Below are positions 1 through 11,576 of a stretch of DNA of 64,000 nt, in pieces. Location: contig NIVC01000130.1 in the NCBI GenBank assembly GCA_002269645.1, positions 186,001 to 250,000 on the forward strand. Reading direction: 5' to 3'. The notes beneath the pieces were generated by a model, which was given only the letters and a program-made list of their open reading frames with translations, ran no database searches and was not told where the DNA came from. This DNA comes from Macrostomum lignano (lineage: Eukaryota). Both the position numbers and the translations under genes were made by a program. The first letter of the stretch is position 1; the number at the start of each line of letters is the position of its first letter.

Positions 1-190
1 CTGCCTCTGCCTCTGCCTCTGCCTCTGCCTCTCCCTGTCCTTCTCCCTCCCCTTCTCCATCCCTTCTCTCTCTGCCTCCCCTTCTCCATCCCTTTATCTC
101 TCCCCTCCACTTCTCCATCCCTCTATCTCCCCCTCCACTTCTCCAACTCCTCTACATTTCTCCGCTCCTCCTAAACCTCTCGTTCTTCTG
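1..190. repeat. (CTGCCT)n and CT-rich low-complexity tract
   Basis: Direct reading. Confidence 0.8.
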
Positions 191-455
191 CCTCAGCATT
201 TTGCTCATTATGGTCATGTAATTGCATGTACTGCTGTCGCTGTACACAGACACAGACAGTCCGCTATATTCATCTTTCTAAAGTTTATTAGAAACTTTAG
301 AAAGTACATTTAACATTGGTATCGATACATTTAAGTACTTTCAATAGTTAATTTAGCTGTGATATAGCTCGTACATCCTTCTTATGGATCGTGTTTAGCC
401 ACCAATTGGTGTATGACTTAACCTTCTTACCTTCCAAACCCGAACCAGTTCGCAG

Positions 456-3400
456 CTCTCAGTCTGTGAATCGCGATCAGAAAATTATGCAAGCCAATTC
501 TACTAGCGATCTGCGCCTATTGGCCACCGCCCAGCACCATCAGCAGCACCATAATTCCGCTGCCTTTGATGGCTCCGCTGCCGCCGCAGCAGCATCTGCT
601 GGGCCAGTGGAAGACAGCCATCATTCTCTGCCGGGTTCACAGCGCAGCTCCAGCTCCGATCTGATGCTGGCTACGTCGGCGGCGGCATCGGCTGCGGCGT
701 CCATGTCGGCGATCTCGGCCGATCGGGCCACACGCTTGGATCCGGCCGCCTGCTTCACCCTGCGGCGGGTTGGCCGGACAGCGGCGGCTGCGGCTTCCGC
801 TGCTGGCGGTTCCGCCGGACTGTCCGGATTGGAGCCACAGGCCGAGCATCAGCGCCGGCTGCTGCGCTATCACGAGTTGCGCAGCCTGCTGGCCGATTTG
901 AAGGCTCAGCGCGACGCTAAACAGCTGGAGCTGCGGCGGCTCACCGCTCAGGAGAGGGTGAGAGCGGCTGCCTGCGTCTGGTGTGGTTTCTGGTGTCTGC
1001 TGTTGTGTCTGCCTGTCTGGTGTCTGCTGTCTGCCTGTCTGGTGTAGTGTCTGCCTGTCTGCTGTTGTGTCTGCCTGTCTGCTGTTGTGTCTGCCTGTCT
1101 GGTGTCTGCTGTCTGCCTGTCTGCTGTAGTGTCTGCCTGTCTGCTGTAGTGTCTGCCTGTCTGCTGTTGTGTCTGCCTGTCTGCTGTATTGTCTGCCTGT
1201 CTGCTGTAGTGTCTGCCTGTTTGGTGTCTGCTGTCTGCTGTAGTGTCTGCCTGTCTGCTGTAGTGTCTGTCTGTCTGCTGTAGTGTCTGCCTGTCTGCTG
1301 TAGTGTCTGCCTGTCTGCTGTAGTGTCTGCCTGTCTGCTGTTGTGTCTGCCTGTCTTTTGTTGTGTCTGCCTGTCTGCTGTTGTGTCTGCCTGTCTTTTG
1401 TTGTGTCTGCCTGTCTGCTGTAGTGTCTGCCTGTCTGGTGTCTGCTGTCTGCCTGTCTGCTGTAGTGTCTGCCTGTCTGGTGTCTGCTGTCTGCCTGTCT
1501 GCTGTAGTGTCTGCCTGTCTGGTGTCTGCTGTCTGCCTGTCTGCTGTATAGTGTCTGCCTGTCTGCTGTAGTGTCTGCCTGTCTGCTGTAGTGTCTGTCC
1601 GTCTGCTGTAGTGTCTGCCTGTCTGCTGTAGTGTCTGTCCGTCTGCTGTAGTGGCTGCCTGTCTGCTGTAGTGTCTGCCTGTCTGCCTGTCTGCTGTAGT
1701 GTCTGTCCGTCTGCTGTAGTGTCTGCCTGTCTGCTGTAGTGTCTGCCTGTCTGCTGTAGTGTCTGCCTGTCTGCTGTAGTGTCTGCCTGTCTGCCTGTCT
1801 GCTGTAGTGTCTGTCCGTCTGCTGTAGTGTCTGCCTGTCTGCTGTAGTGTCTGTCCGTCTGCTGTAGTGGCTGCCTGTCTGCTTTAGTATCTGCCTGTCT
1901 GACTGTCCATCCTCGAGTCTGTCCGTGCCAGTCAGTAAAAATCGGTCAAAATACCCCCCCCCCCGAATTCCAGGCGCTGACTCAGGGCGTGTCCGCAGTT
2001 CCCGCCGCGGCCTCCCGCAGCCAGGACTCCGGTCTCTCGTCAGCTGGTAAATCGAATTCTCAGTCTTCTCTGGCGGCGGCCGCCAGTAAATCTATTGAGA
2101 AGTGCGTCTCAACTCAGTTCTTGTTGGCTGTGGACTCGCAAAAGTCTGCAGCGGACACAATGTCATCTTGCGGCTCCGATCTTACTCTCGAGGTATGATT
2201 TTTATCGAACAATATGCCATTTTTTGTCTTAGCAACCAGTAGCGTAGGTGGTTATCCCCTTAGCAACCGACTATCTAGAAATCATTTCCCTGGCAACCGG
2301 TCATCTAAGAATCATTTCCCTAGCAACTGGTCTCTTAAATTCTTCCCCTTAGCAACTGGTCACCTAAGGACCATCCCCTTAGCAACTGGCCACCTGAGAA
2401 TCATCTCCTTAGCAACTGGTAACCTAAGAATCATCCCCTTAGCAACTCGTTACCTAAGAATTATCCCCTTAGCAACTGGTCACCTAAGGACCATCCCCTT
2501 AGCAACTGGTCACCTAAGAATCATCTCTTTAGCAACTGGTCACCTAAGAATCATCCCCTTAGCAACTGGTCACCTAAGAATCATCCCCTTAGCAACTGGT
2601 CACCTAAGAATCATCCCCTTAGCAACTGGTCACCTAAGCATCATCCCCTTAGCAACCGGCAACCTAAGCATCATCCCCTTAGCAACCATTGGCATTTTTA
2701 CTCGATAGCAGCCATTCTCTTCAGCTGGAAGAGCTTCAACAGGAAATAGCGGTGCAAAAAGCGGTAGTCGAGGCTCAAACCAGGCTCTATCGAGAATCGA
2801 AGGCGTCTCGTCAGTCAAAACAGTTGCGCAAGCAGCGGCATATGGAGTACCAGCAGGCTCTTGATAAGGTAAGCCTTTTATTTGTTATAGTAGGTGCATA
2901 TAATATATTCCTAATGTAAATTGTGTTTACACTTTACTCTCCAGCTATCTAACTTGAATGCCAAGATGCAACAGCTCAGAGGTAAACTCTCCGAACAGGA
3001 GACCGCTAATTCAGTTGCTATGGCAACTGCGGCGGCTGATTCGGCAAACGATTCGCAATACAGTTCGTCGCTAATGTACAATAGCAGCAGCCCGATGACT
3101 ACTAATTGTATAGGCTCGTCCTCCGAGCATTTCACCATTGTGGCGCCAACGCCTAGAACAGTGAGTTTCGATTTGACTACTTAGTATGTTTTTTCAGTAG
3201 TGTAGTTAGCGTATTGTAGTAACTACCTTTTCAAGCTTATTTTCCTTATATTTCTACTTTAGTAAGTAGAGTAGCTCGAAGTATACTTCTGCGATTCGCT
3301 ACACCTTTCAAAACACGCTTGTCTTTTTTGTAATATTTTTCAATGAAACTTTACAAGGGCTATAGCTTAAAGTGGGAAATGATTGTAATTGTCTATGGCT

Positions 3401-6400
3401 TGAAGTGGGAAATAATTGCAATTGTCTATGGCTCGAAGTGGTAATTGATTACAATTGTCTATGGCTTGAAGTGGTAATTGATTAACAGTTGTCTATGGCT
3501 TGAAATGGGAATTGATTACAGTTGTCTATGGCTTAAAGTGGGAATTATTGCAGTTGTCTATGGCTTGAAGTGGGAATTTATTGCAGTTGTCTATGGCTTG
3601 AAGTGGGAATTAGTTGCAATGGTCCAATTGCTTGAAGTGGGAATTGATTGTAATTGTCTAAGTTTTGAAGCGGAAAATTATTGCAATTGTCTATGGCTTG
3701 AAGTGGAAAATGATTGCAATTGTCTATGGCTTGAAGAGGGAAATTGATGGTTAATTATTTTTTATTAAGATTTCAGTGTATTTTCCAGTTACATGTAGTT
3801 GCTTGTTTTCAGAATAACATTGTCCCGATATTTCTACTTAGTAAGTAGATTAGTTAGTATATTAACTTCACGTTCTTAACTGTCTATATTAAATCATAGT
3901 AACCGTGTATTTTCCGTACCGAATATCTAGACAAAAAGTTCCAATGCCAAGCAGTCGATGTCGGTTGATCGAGTTGTACAATCAACTCGAAAAAAAGCGT
4001 CATTCTCTTCTGTACTGAGAAAGTCGTCATTTTATTCCATTGGCAGGAGCGCAGTACAGGTGGTACAGTTGTGTATACATGTACATATTATAGGGTTTAT
4101 TTATTTCTTTTTAGACATTGTTCAGTTCTTGTCACATCTTTGCAGATTGTTGGGGGGGGTAATAAAAACAACGACAAATTTTACATCAAGGTTTTGTGTT
4201 TTTTTTTATCCCAAAAAAATTGTATTATGATAAGTTGTAAATTTTAATGAAATATTTGATTTTCAAAATCAACCCACAGCTTCTGTCTGGCCAGGCTGTG
4301 GACCACAATGGCGCAGGTTCCGGGGATTCGAGCAGGGGCTCCTCGTCAAGGTCTATTGCTTCTGGAAGCGCCAAGTGAGTGTCTGCATCCTGCAGTTATC
4401 GACCAACTGAGTACCTACCGGTATCAATTATCTACCTGAGAATCTACCCGCTTATCTACCTGAGAATCAATTATCTACTTCAGAATCTACCCGCTTATCT
4501 ACCTGAGAATCAATTGTCTACCTGAGAATTAATTATCTACCTGAGAATCAATTATCTACTTGAGAATCAATTGTCTACCTGACAATAAATTATCTACCTG
4601 AGAATCAATTATCAACCTGAGAATCAATTGTCTACCTGAGAATCAATTATCTACCTGAGAATCAATTATCTACTTCAGAATCTACCCGCTTATCTACCTG
4701 AGAATCAATTATCAACCTGAGAATCAATTATCTACCTGAGAATCAATTGTCTACCTGACAATAAATTATCTACCTGAGAATCAATTATCTACCTGAGAAT
4801 CAATTGTCTACCTGACAATAAATTATCTACCTGAGAATCAATTATCTACCTGAGAATCAATTGTCTACCTGACAATAAATTATCTACCTGAGAATCAATT
4901 ATCTACCTGAGAATCAATTATCAACCTGAGAATCAATTATCTACTTCAGAATCTACCCGCTTATCTACCTGAAAATCAATTATCAACCTGAGAATCAATT
5001 ATCTACCTGAGAATTAATTATCTACCTGAGAATCAATTGTCTACCTGAGAATTAATTATCTACCTGAGAATCAATTATCTACTTCAGAATCTACCCGCTT
5101 ATCTACCTGAGAATCAATTATCAACCTGAGAATCAATTATCTACCTGAGAATCAATTGTCTACCTGACAATAAATTATCTACCTGAGAATCAATTATCTA
5201 CCTGAGAATCAATTGTCTACCTGACAATAAATTATCTACCTGAGAATCAATTATCTACCTGAGAATCAATTATCAACCTGAGAATCAATTGTCTACCTGA
5301 GAATCAATTATCTACCTGAGAATCAATTATCTACCTGAGAATCAATTATCTACCTGACAATAAATTATCTACCTGAGAATCAATTATCAACCTGAGAATC
5401 AATTATCTACCTGAGAATCAATTATCAACCTGAGAATCAATTATCTACCTGAGAATCAATTATCTACCTGACAATAAATTATCTACCTGACAATAAATTA
5501 TCTACCTGAGAATCAATTATCTACCTGAGAATCAATTATCAACCTGAGAATCAATTATCTACCTGAGAATCAATTGTCTACCTGACAATAAATTATCTAC
5601 CTGAGAATCAATTATCTACCTGAGAATCAATTATCAACCTGAGAATCAATTGTCTACCTGAGAATCAATTATCAACCTGAGAATCAATTGTCTACCTGAG
5701 AATCAATTGTCTACCTGACAATAAATTATCTACCTGAGAATCAATTATCAACCTGAGAATCAATTGTCTACCTGAGAATCAATTGTCTACCTGACAATAA
5801 ATTATCTACCTGAGAATCAATTATCTACCTGAAATCATTTAGAAGTAAATATCACGGATTATTATTTCTAAGAAACAATTTATCCAATTTCTCCCATCCC
5901 AACATTCAGACACAGCTCCCAGTCGCAGTACCATCAGCAGCCGCAGCAGCCGCTCCATCAATACTCTGTCCAGCCTCCGGCGCAACAGCAGCAGCAGCAC
6001 AGAGTCACCCAATCGAGCTTGGACTCGGGTTTCCAAGACTCCAGCTTCCATCTACCCGTTGTTGGTAGTTCGCATCACCTCGTAGCTGCATCTGCTCGAC
6101 TGTCGGTCACTTCGTCATCTTCCGCTTCGGCAGCAGCGCCGGATTACAGGATTCTGCAACAGCAGCAACAGCAGCAATACCAGCACAGCTACCAGCAGCA
6201 GCACCTGTTGCAGCAGCAGCAGCAGCAGCATCAGCATCATCTGTTGATAGCCGCTAGTCGAAGGACTCAGTCAGCCAGCAATCTGTTAGATCCGTCTCCA
6301 ACCGCCCAGCAACAGCATCAGCAGTCATTTCGCTACCAGCCTCGGCCAGTGCTGGAGTACGAGCGGGACCAACAGTCCAGCCAGCCTGGCGCCCCGCACT

Positions 6401-6642
6401 GGTACCGGCCCCCCGCTGGGGTGCTGCCTCTGGCTGAGGAGTTTCAACAGCATCAGCAGTCTGCAGTTCTGCCGCCAGCCCGTGTTCAAGAATTCGGATA
6501 TCGGCCAACCGCAACTACTACTAATAACAGTAGTAGTAGTATTAGTAGCGCTGCCACTGCCGCTCCTAGAAGTTATGACTATAGAAATTATAATCATAGA
6601 GAAGATGACGCTAATGAGGATCTGTGCGCTACCGATGTTTAA
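456..6642 (+). CDS. CUPID-domain coiled-coil protein (FRMD4A/B / CCDC120 / INAVA-like), 3' part; 5' exons probably lie upstream of the window
   Basis: Exons ~456-957, 1974-2192, 2725-2868, 2945-3160, 4280-4374, 5910-6642 join in frame at GT-AG sites; the acceptor of the first exon is uncertain. LEELQQEIAVQKAVVEAQTRLYRESKASRQSKQLRKQRHMEYQQALDKLSNLNAKM resembles the FRMD4 CUPID helix (LERLEREFAIQSQITEAARRLA...KKLKKQRKTSYLNALKKLQEIE). LKAQRDAKQLELRRLTAQER|ALTQG resembles LRQRLEELKKLCLREAELTG. The C-terminal tail is Q/S-rich and low complexity. Confidence 0.6.
968..1905. repeat. Minisatellite, ~20-bp unit GTCTGCCTGTCTGCTGTAGT (CUPID gene intron)
   Basis: Tandem copies; source of the SACL/VSAC ORFs. 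Confidence 0.9.
2225..2690. repeat. Minisatellite, 30-bp unit TCATCCCCTTAGCAACTGGTCACCTAAGAA
   Basis: About 15 tandem copies filling the intron. Confidence 0.9.
3360..3746. repeat. Minisatellite, ~30-bp unit TTGTCTATGGCTTGAAGTGGGAATTGATTG
   Basis: Degenerate tandem copies. Confidence 0.85.
4420..5835. repeat. Minisatellite, 19-bp unit ATCTACCTGAGAATCAATT
   Basis: 1.4 kb array in the last CUPID-gene intron. Confidence 0.9.
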
Positions 6643-6784
6643 ATTGTGCTATGCCAAGAATCTTTTATATGCAGCGCTTCAATAACTGTTTGCAGTTTAA
6701 GACATTGTCATTGTCATAAGCGCCTATAATTAAGCTAAGTAATCTCCTGAGAAAAGCCTTGGAAAATTTTTCCCTAAAGTCACT

Positions 6785-7765
6785 AGAAAAATCGCCCTAA
6801 AACCAACAAAAAATCGCCCTAAAATCAACAAGAAAATCGCCCTAAAACTAACACAAAAATCGCCCTAAAATCAACAAGAAAATCGCCCTAAAACCAACAA
6901 GAAAATCGCCCTAAAATCAACAAGAAAATCGCCCTAAAACCAACAAGAAAATCGCCCTAAAATCAACAAGAAAATCGCCCTAAAACCAACAAGAAAATCG
7001 CCCTAAAATCAACAAGAAAATCGCCCTAAAACTAACACAAAAATCGCCCTAAAACCAACAAGAAAATCGCCCTAAAACCAACAAGAAAATCGCCCTAAAA
7101 CTAACAAGAAAATCGCCCTAAAACCAACAAAAAATCGCCCTAAAATCAACAAGAAAATCGCCCTAAAACCAACAAGAAAATCGCCCTAAAACCAACAAGA
7201 AAATCGCCCTAAAACTAACAAGAAAATCGCCCTAAAACCAACAAAAAATCGCCCTAAAATCAACAAGAAAATCGCCCTAAAACCAACAAAAAATCGCCCT
7301 AAAATCAACAAGAAAATTGCCCTAAAACCAACAAGAAAATCGCCCTAAAACCAACAAGAAAATCGCCCTAAAATCAACACAAAAATCGCCCTAAAATCAA
7401 CACAAAAATCGCCCTAAAATCAACACAAAAATCGCCCTAAAATCAACACAAAAATCGCCTTAGAATCAACAAGAAAATCGCCCTAAAACCAACAAAAAAT
7501 CGCCCTAAAATCAACACAAAAATCGCCCTAAAACCAACACCAAAAACCGACCTCAAATTAACAAAAAAATCGCCCTAAAAACAACAAAAAATCGCCCCAA
7601 AATCAACAGAAAAATTGCCCTGAAATCAACAGAAAAATCGCCCTAAAACTAAAATAAAAATCGCCCTGAAATCAACAGAAAAATCGCCCTAAAACTAAAA
7701 TAAAAATCGCCCTGAAATCAACAGAAAAATCGCCCTAAAACTAAAATAAAAATCGCCCTGAAAAC
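6785..7765. repeat. Minisatellite, 22-23-bp unit AAAATCGCCCTAAAA(T/C)CAACAAG
   Basis: Tandem copies. Confidence 0.9.
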
Positions 7766-8479
7766 GTTTTTATGAATCTTATAACATTCTTATTATAGAT
7801 CGTACATGCGCAGATTTTCCCCTTTCATTTCTATAAAAAATATCATTCCATTTCTTCGATCGTATTTGCTAAAAAATAGCATTATTAATATTAATAAATG
7901 CCCGAAAGCATTGCGTTACTACTAACCACTGAGTAGTGAGTTTGATCATGGTGTGTGCACTTGTTTTAAAATGCCAAATTATGAGATACATATGCTACTG
8001 ATATGATTAGTAATAGTTTGTTTATCAGCTCCACAGCCTCATCGAAGTTGTCTGTTTGACACTGCTATAATTTTTTTTTAATTCCAACTGTAATCACTGT
8101 AACTCTTTACTGTAAATTTGCTTCACTACTTTCCTCCCGCACTGTCATTACAGTAAACGGACAAACAAAAGCTGTAAAACATTTCGTATTTTTCTATCAT
8201 ATATTTAGTAAACTTCTGTGCATTCGTTTCTGTTTGTTTTAATTTTAAACTTTAATAGATTAATGGTGTGTCCTGTTCTATCTAACTAATACTTGCTAAT
8301 ATCACTGTGCTGTGAACTTTGATTCTTTTCTAAATCAAATTTCTAATCGCTCAATTTATTCATTTGCAAATTTATTGTCTTTTGTGCCCTGCTTATTGGG
8401 GTGACTTGGTGTATCTCTGCTTTTGCCTTCCTGTCTGTCACCTGCTATCCACTCCTGTGCTCTCTCACCTGCATTCTGA

Positions 8480-9270
8480 TTGCCTCCATTCCTCTCCCCC
8501 TCTATCTCCCTCCCCCCTCTCTACCCCTGTCTTCCTCTCTCCCCTCCTCCCTCTCTCCCTCTCTCTCCCTCTCTCCCTCTCTCTCACTCTCTCCCTCTCT
8601 CCCCTCCTCCCTCTCTCTCCCTCTCTCCCTCTCTCCCCTCCTCCCTCTCTCCCTCTCTCTCCCTCTCCCTCTCTCCCCTCCTCCCTCTCTCCCTCTCTCT
8701 CCCTCTCTCGCCCTCTCTCCCTCTCTCCTCTCTCTCCCTCTCTCCCTCTCCCTCTCTCCCCTCCTCCCTCTCTCCCTCTCTCTCCCTCTCTCGCCCTCTC
8801 TCCCTCTCTCTCCCTCTCTCCCTCTCCCTCTCTCTCCCTCTCTCCCTCCTCCCTCTCTCCCTCTCTCTCCCTCTCTCTCCCTCCTCCCTCTCTCCCTCTC
8901 TCCCTCTCTCCCCTCTCTCTCTCTCTCTCCCTCTCTCCCTCTCTCCCTCTCTCTCTCCTCTCTCTCCCCTCTCCCTCTCTCCCCTCTCTCCCTCTCTCCC
9001 CTCTCTCCCTCTCTCCCTCTCTCTCCCTCTCTCCCTCTCTCCCTCTCTCCCCTCTCTCCCTCTCTCCCTCTCCCTCTCTCTCTCCCCTCTCTCCCTCTCT
9101 CTCCCTCGCTCCCTCTCTCTCCTCTCTCCCTCTCTCCCCTCTCTCCCCTCGCTCCCTCTCTCCCCTCTCTCCCTCTCTCCCCTCTCTCCCCTCTCTCCCT
9201 CTCTCCCTCTCTCCCCTCCTCCCTCTCTCCCTCTCTCCCTCCCTCTCTCCCCTATATCTTTCTCCTCTTC
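8480..9270. repeat. Polypyrimidine (CT/CCT) tract
   Basis: Almost pure C/T; gives LSP and ERG ORF artefacts. Confidence 0.9.
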
Positions 9271-9784
9271 TCTCCAATCACCAATAAATATATTCTGCGC
9301 CCAAGTCAGCACCCAGAAGCTGAGGTTGCCAAGTTGCTATATAGTTTTACGTTAGTCAGCCAACGAGTTCTGGTTGTCTTTGTGCGTTTCATTCTACACA
9401 AATCTATATTTTATTTTATGCGTAATGCCTTTCGGTTAGTGGTGTGTTTATTGTTTAGGTAAAATAAAATTGCCACTAGAAGCGCTGTGAAGTTCACACC
9501 TTTCCGTGATATACAATGTGTCTATTACTATTATTATTGTTATAAGCATTAGAAAAGGATTAAGGTCGTATGTAAATTGAATTGGTTTAAATGGTTCAGT
9601 GTATATTTACCTATAAATACTTAAGATTCTCACTCACTTCAACTTACCGTGATGGGCGTGTTAATTTAAGAATAAAATACATTATCAAGTATGTTGCTTA
9701 ATGTGTATCAACTGATATTTTCTCATACATTTCAGGGCATGCTTTGACTTTGTGAGTTCTTTGTGGGACAGCTGCCCCTGGACT

Positions 9785-10560
9785 AATCGGAATCGCCCCT
9801 CAATTAATTAAAGAATCGCCCCTCAACTAATCAAATAATCGCCCCTGAACTAATCTAAATCCCCCTGAACTAAGCAAAGAATCGCCTCTGAACTAATCTA
9901 AATCGCCCCTAAACTGAGCAAAGAATCGCCTCTGAACTAATCAGAATCGCCTCTGAACTAATCAGAATCGCCCCAGAACTAATCAGAATCGCCCCAGAAC
10001 TAATCAGAAACGCCCCAGAACTAATCAGAATCGCTTTTAAACTAATCAGAATCGCTTTTGAACTAATCAAAGAATCGCCCCTGAACTAATCATAATCGCT
10101 TTTGAACTAATCAAAGAATCGCCCCTGAACTAATCATAATCGCTTTTGAACTAATCAAAGAATCGCCCCTGAACTAATCATAATCGCTTTTGAACTAATC
10201 AAAGAACCGCCCCTGAACTAATCATAATCGCTTTTGAACTAATCAAAGAATCGCCCCTGAACTAATCATAATCGCCCCTGAACTAATCATAATCGCCCCA
10301 AAACTAATCATAATCGCCCCAGAACTAATCAGAATCGCTTTTGAACTAATCAAAGAATCGCCCCTGAACTAATCATAATCGCCCCTGAACTAATCAGAAT
10401 CGCCCCTGAACTAATCATAATCGCCCCAGAACTAATCATAATCGCCCAAGAACTATTCAGAATCGCCCCAGAACTAATCAAAGAATCGCCCCTAGCTGGC
10501 CTAATGAAAAAATCGCCGCTAAACTATTAAAAGAATCGCCCCTAAACCAGTCTGAGAATC
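9785..10560. repeat. Minisatellite, 21-23-bp unit AATCGCCCCTGAACTAATCA
   Basis: Tandem copies sharing the AATCGCCC core with the 6.8 kb array. Confidence 0.88.
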
Positions 10561-11576
10561 TCCCCTGAATCACGCATAGAATCTCACTAAATCATCCTCA
10601 AGAATCAAGAGTAAAATTGAACTTTATTGTACAATTGTACAATCTCATCTGAAACTGTACCTATTTTGAGTGATTTTAGTGTTGACAATTTGTCTAATAA
10701 GTGAGCGAATCGCCTTAGAAATTGGCATCAGGAATTCAGAATTCATTAGAAACCAATGAAGTTGAGGGCCGCTCTGAGACAAAAAATAATGAACATTTGA
10801 ATTTCACGACATTATAAATCCACAACATTTGAAATCAGTTTCAAACCTTTTAATGCGCTACATGTAGAATAGAATCCCTGTCAGGCTGTCACTTAGGTCG
10901 TCTAGCTACATCATTCCTGCCTGTGCCTCATTATGGTGAACTTGTGTTATTTAAACGGGAATAAGCTTGCGATTTGCGAAATGCGAGCATGCGACAGGAG
11001 AAATTCAACAAGCGTTGGTCTTGGATAAAAATCAGTCGCAGACGAGGACTCGCGCGTGGCGAGACTAAGTTCTCAGTACAGTTTCTGCCGCACAAAATGA
11101 AGCAATAAAGCCATTTGGCCCCCGCGATGTGGGGGAGAGAGGGACGAATTGGGGGAGCTAAATGTACATACCCTTTGTGTGTACAGTGTTGGCCCAAGGA
11201 GGAACAGACTGGGTGAGATCTGTTTGACCTTGGACATCGGGGGAAAGCCCGAGTAATTTTCCAGCCTACAACGCCCTTTCCCTTCTCTCTCCTTCCCCCT
11301 CGGCCCTCCTCCATTGGGGGGAGGGGAAGGAATGAGGGAAAAGGGACAAAGCATTGGAGGAGGGAATCCTATCCTGTTTATAATTCCTTTCCTCTGCATT
11401 AGCACTCCAGTTCTCACCCAGATTGACTTGTTTTGCTGTATGAAGGAAAGTGACTTATAAGAGAGTCAGGAACAGCAGGACTATAGTATAAGTATCTAGG
11501 CTACGACTATCGGTTTGCGAGTTGCTGGTTAGAAAGTTTTCCCAACCGATCCTGTCCGGACTGAATTCACACAAAA

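Noticed and set aside
3969-3990. Perfect 8-bp hairpin TCGAGTTG-n6-CAACTCGA next to an A-run
   Set aside because: Isolated; no Helitron CTRR end or ncRNA context, and intrinsic terminators do not apply here.
8364-9462. Pro/Ser/Leu and Glu/Arg/Gly ORFs (also 13344-13862 and 19778-20418)
   Set aside because: Polypyrimidine/polypurine tracts.
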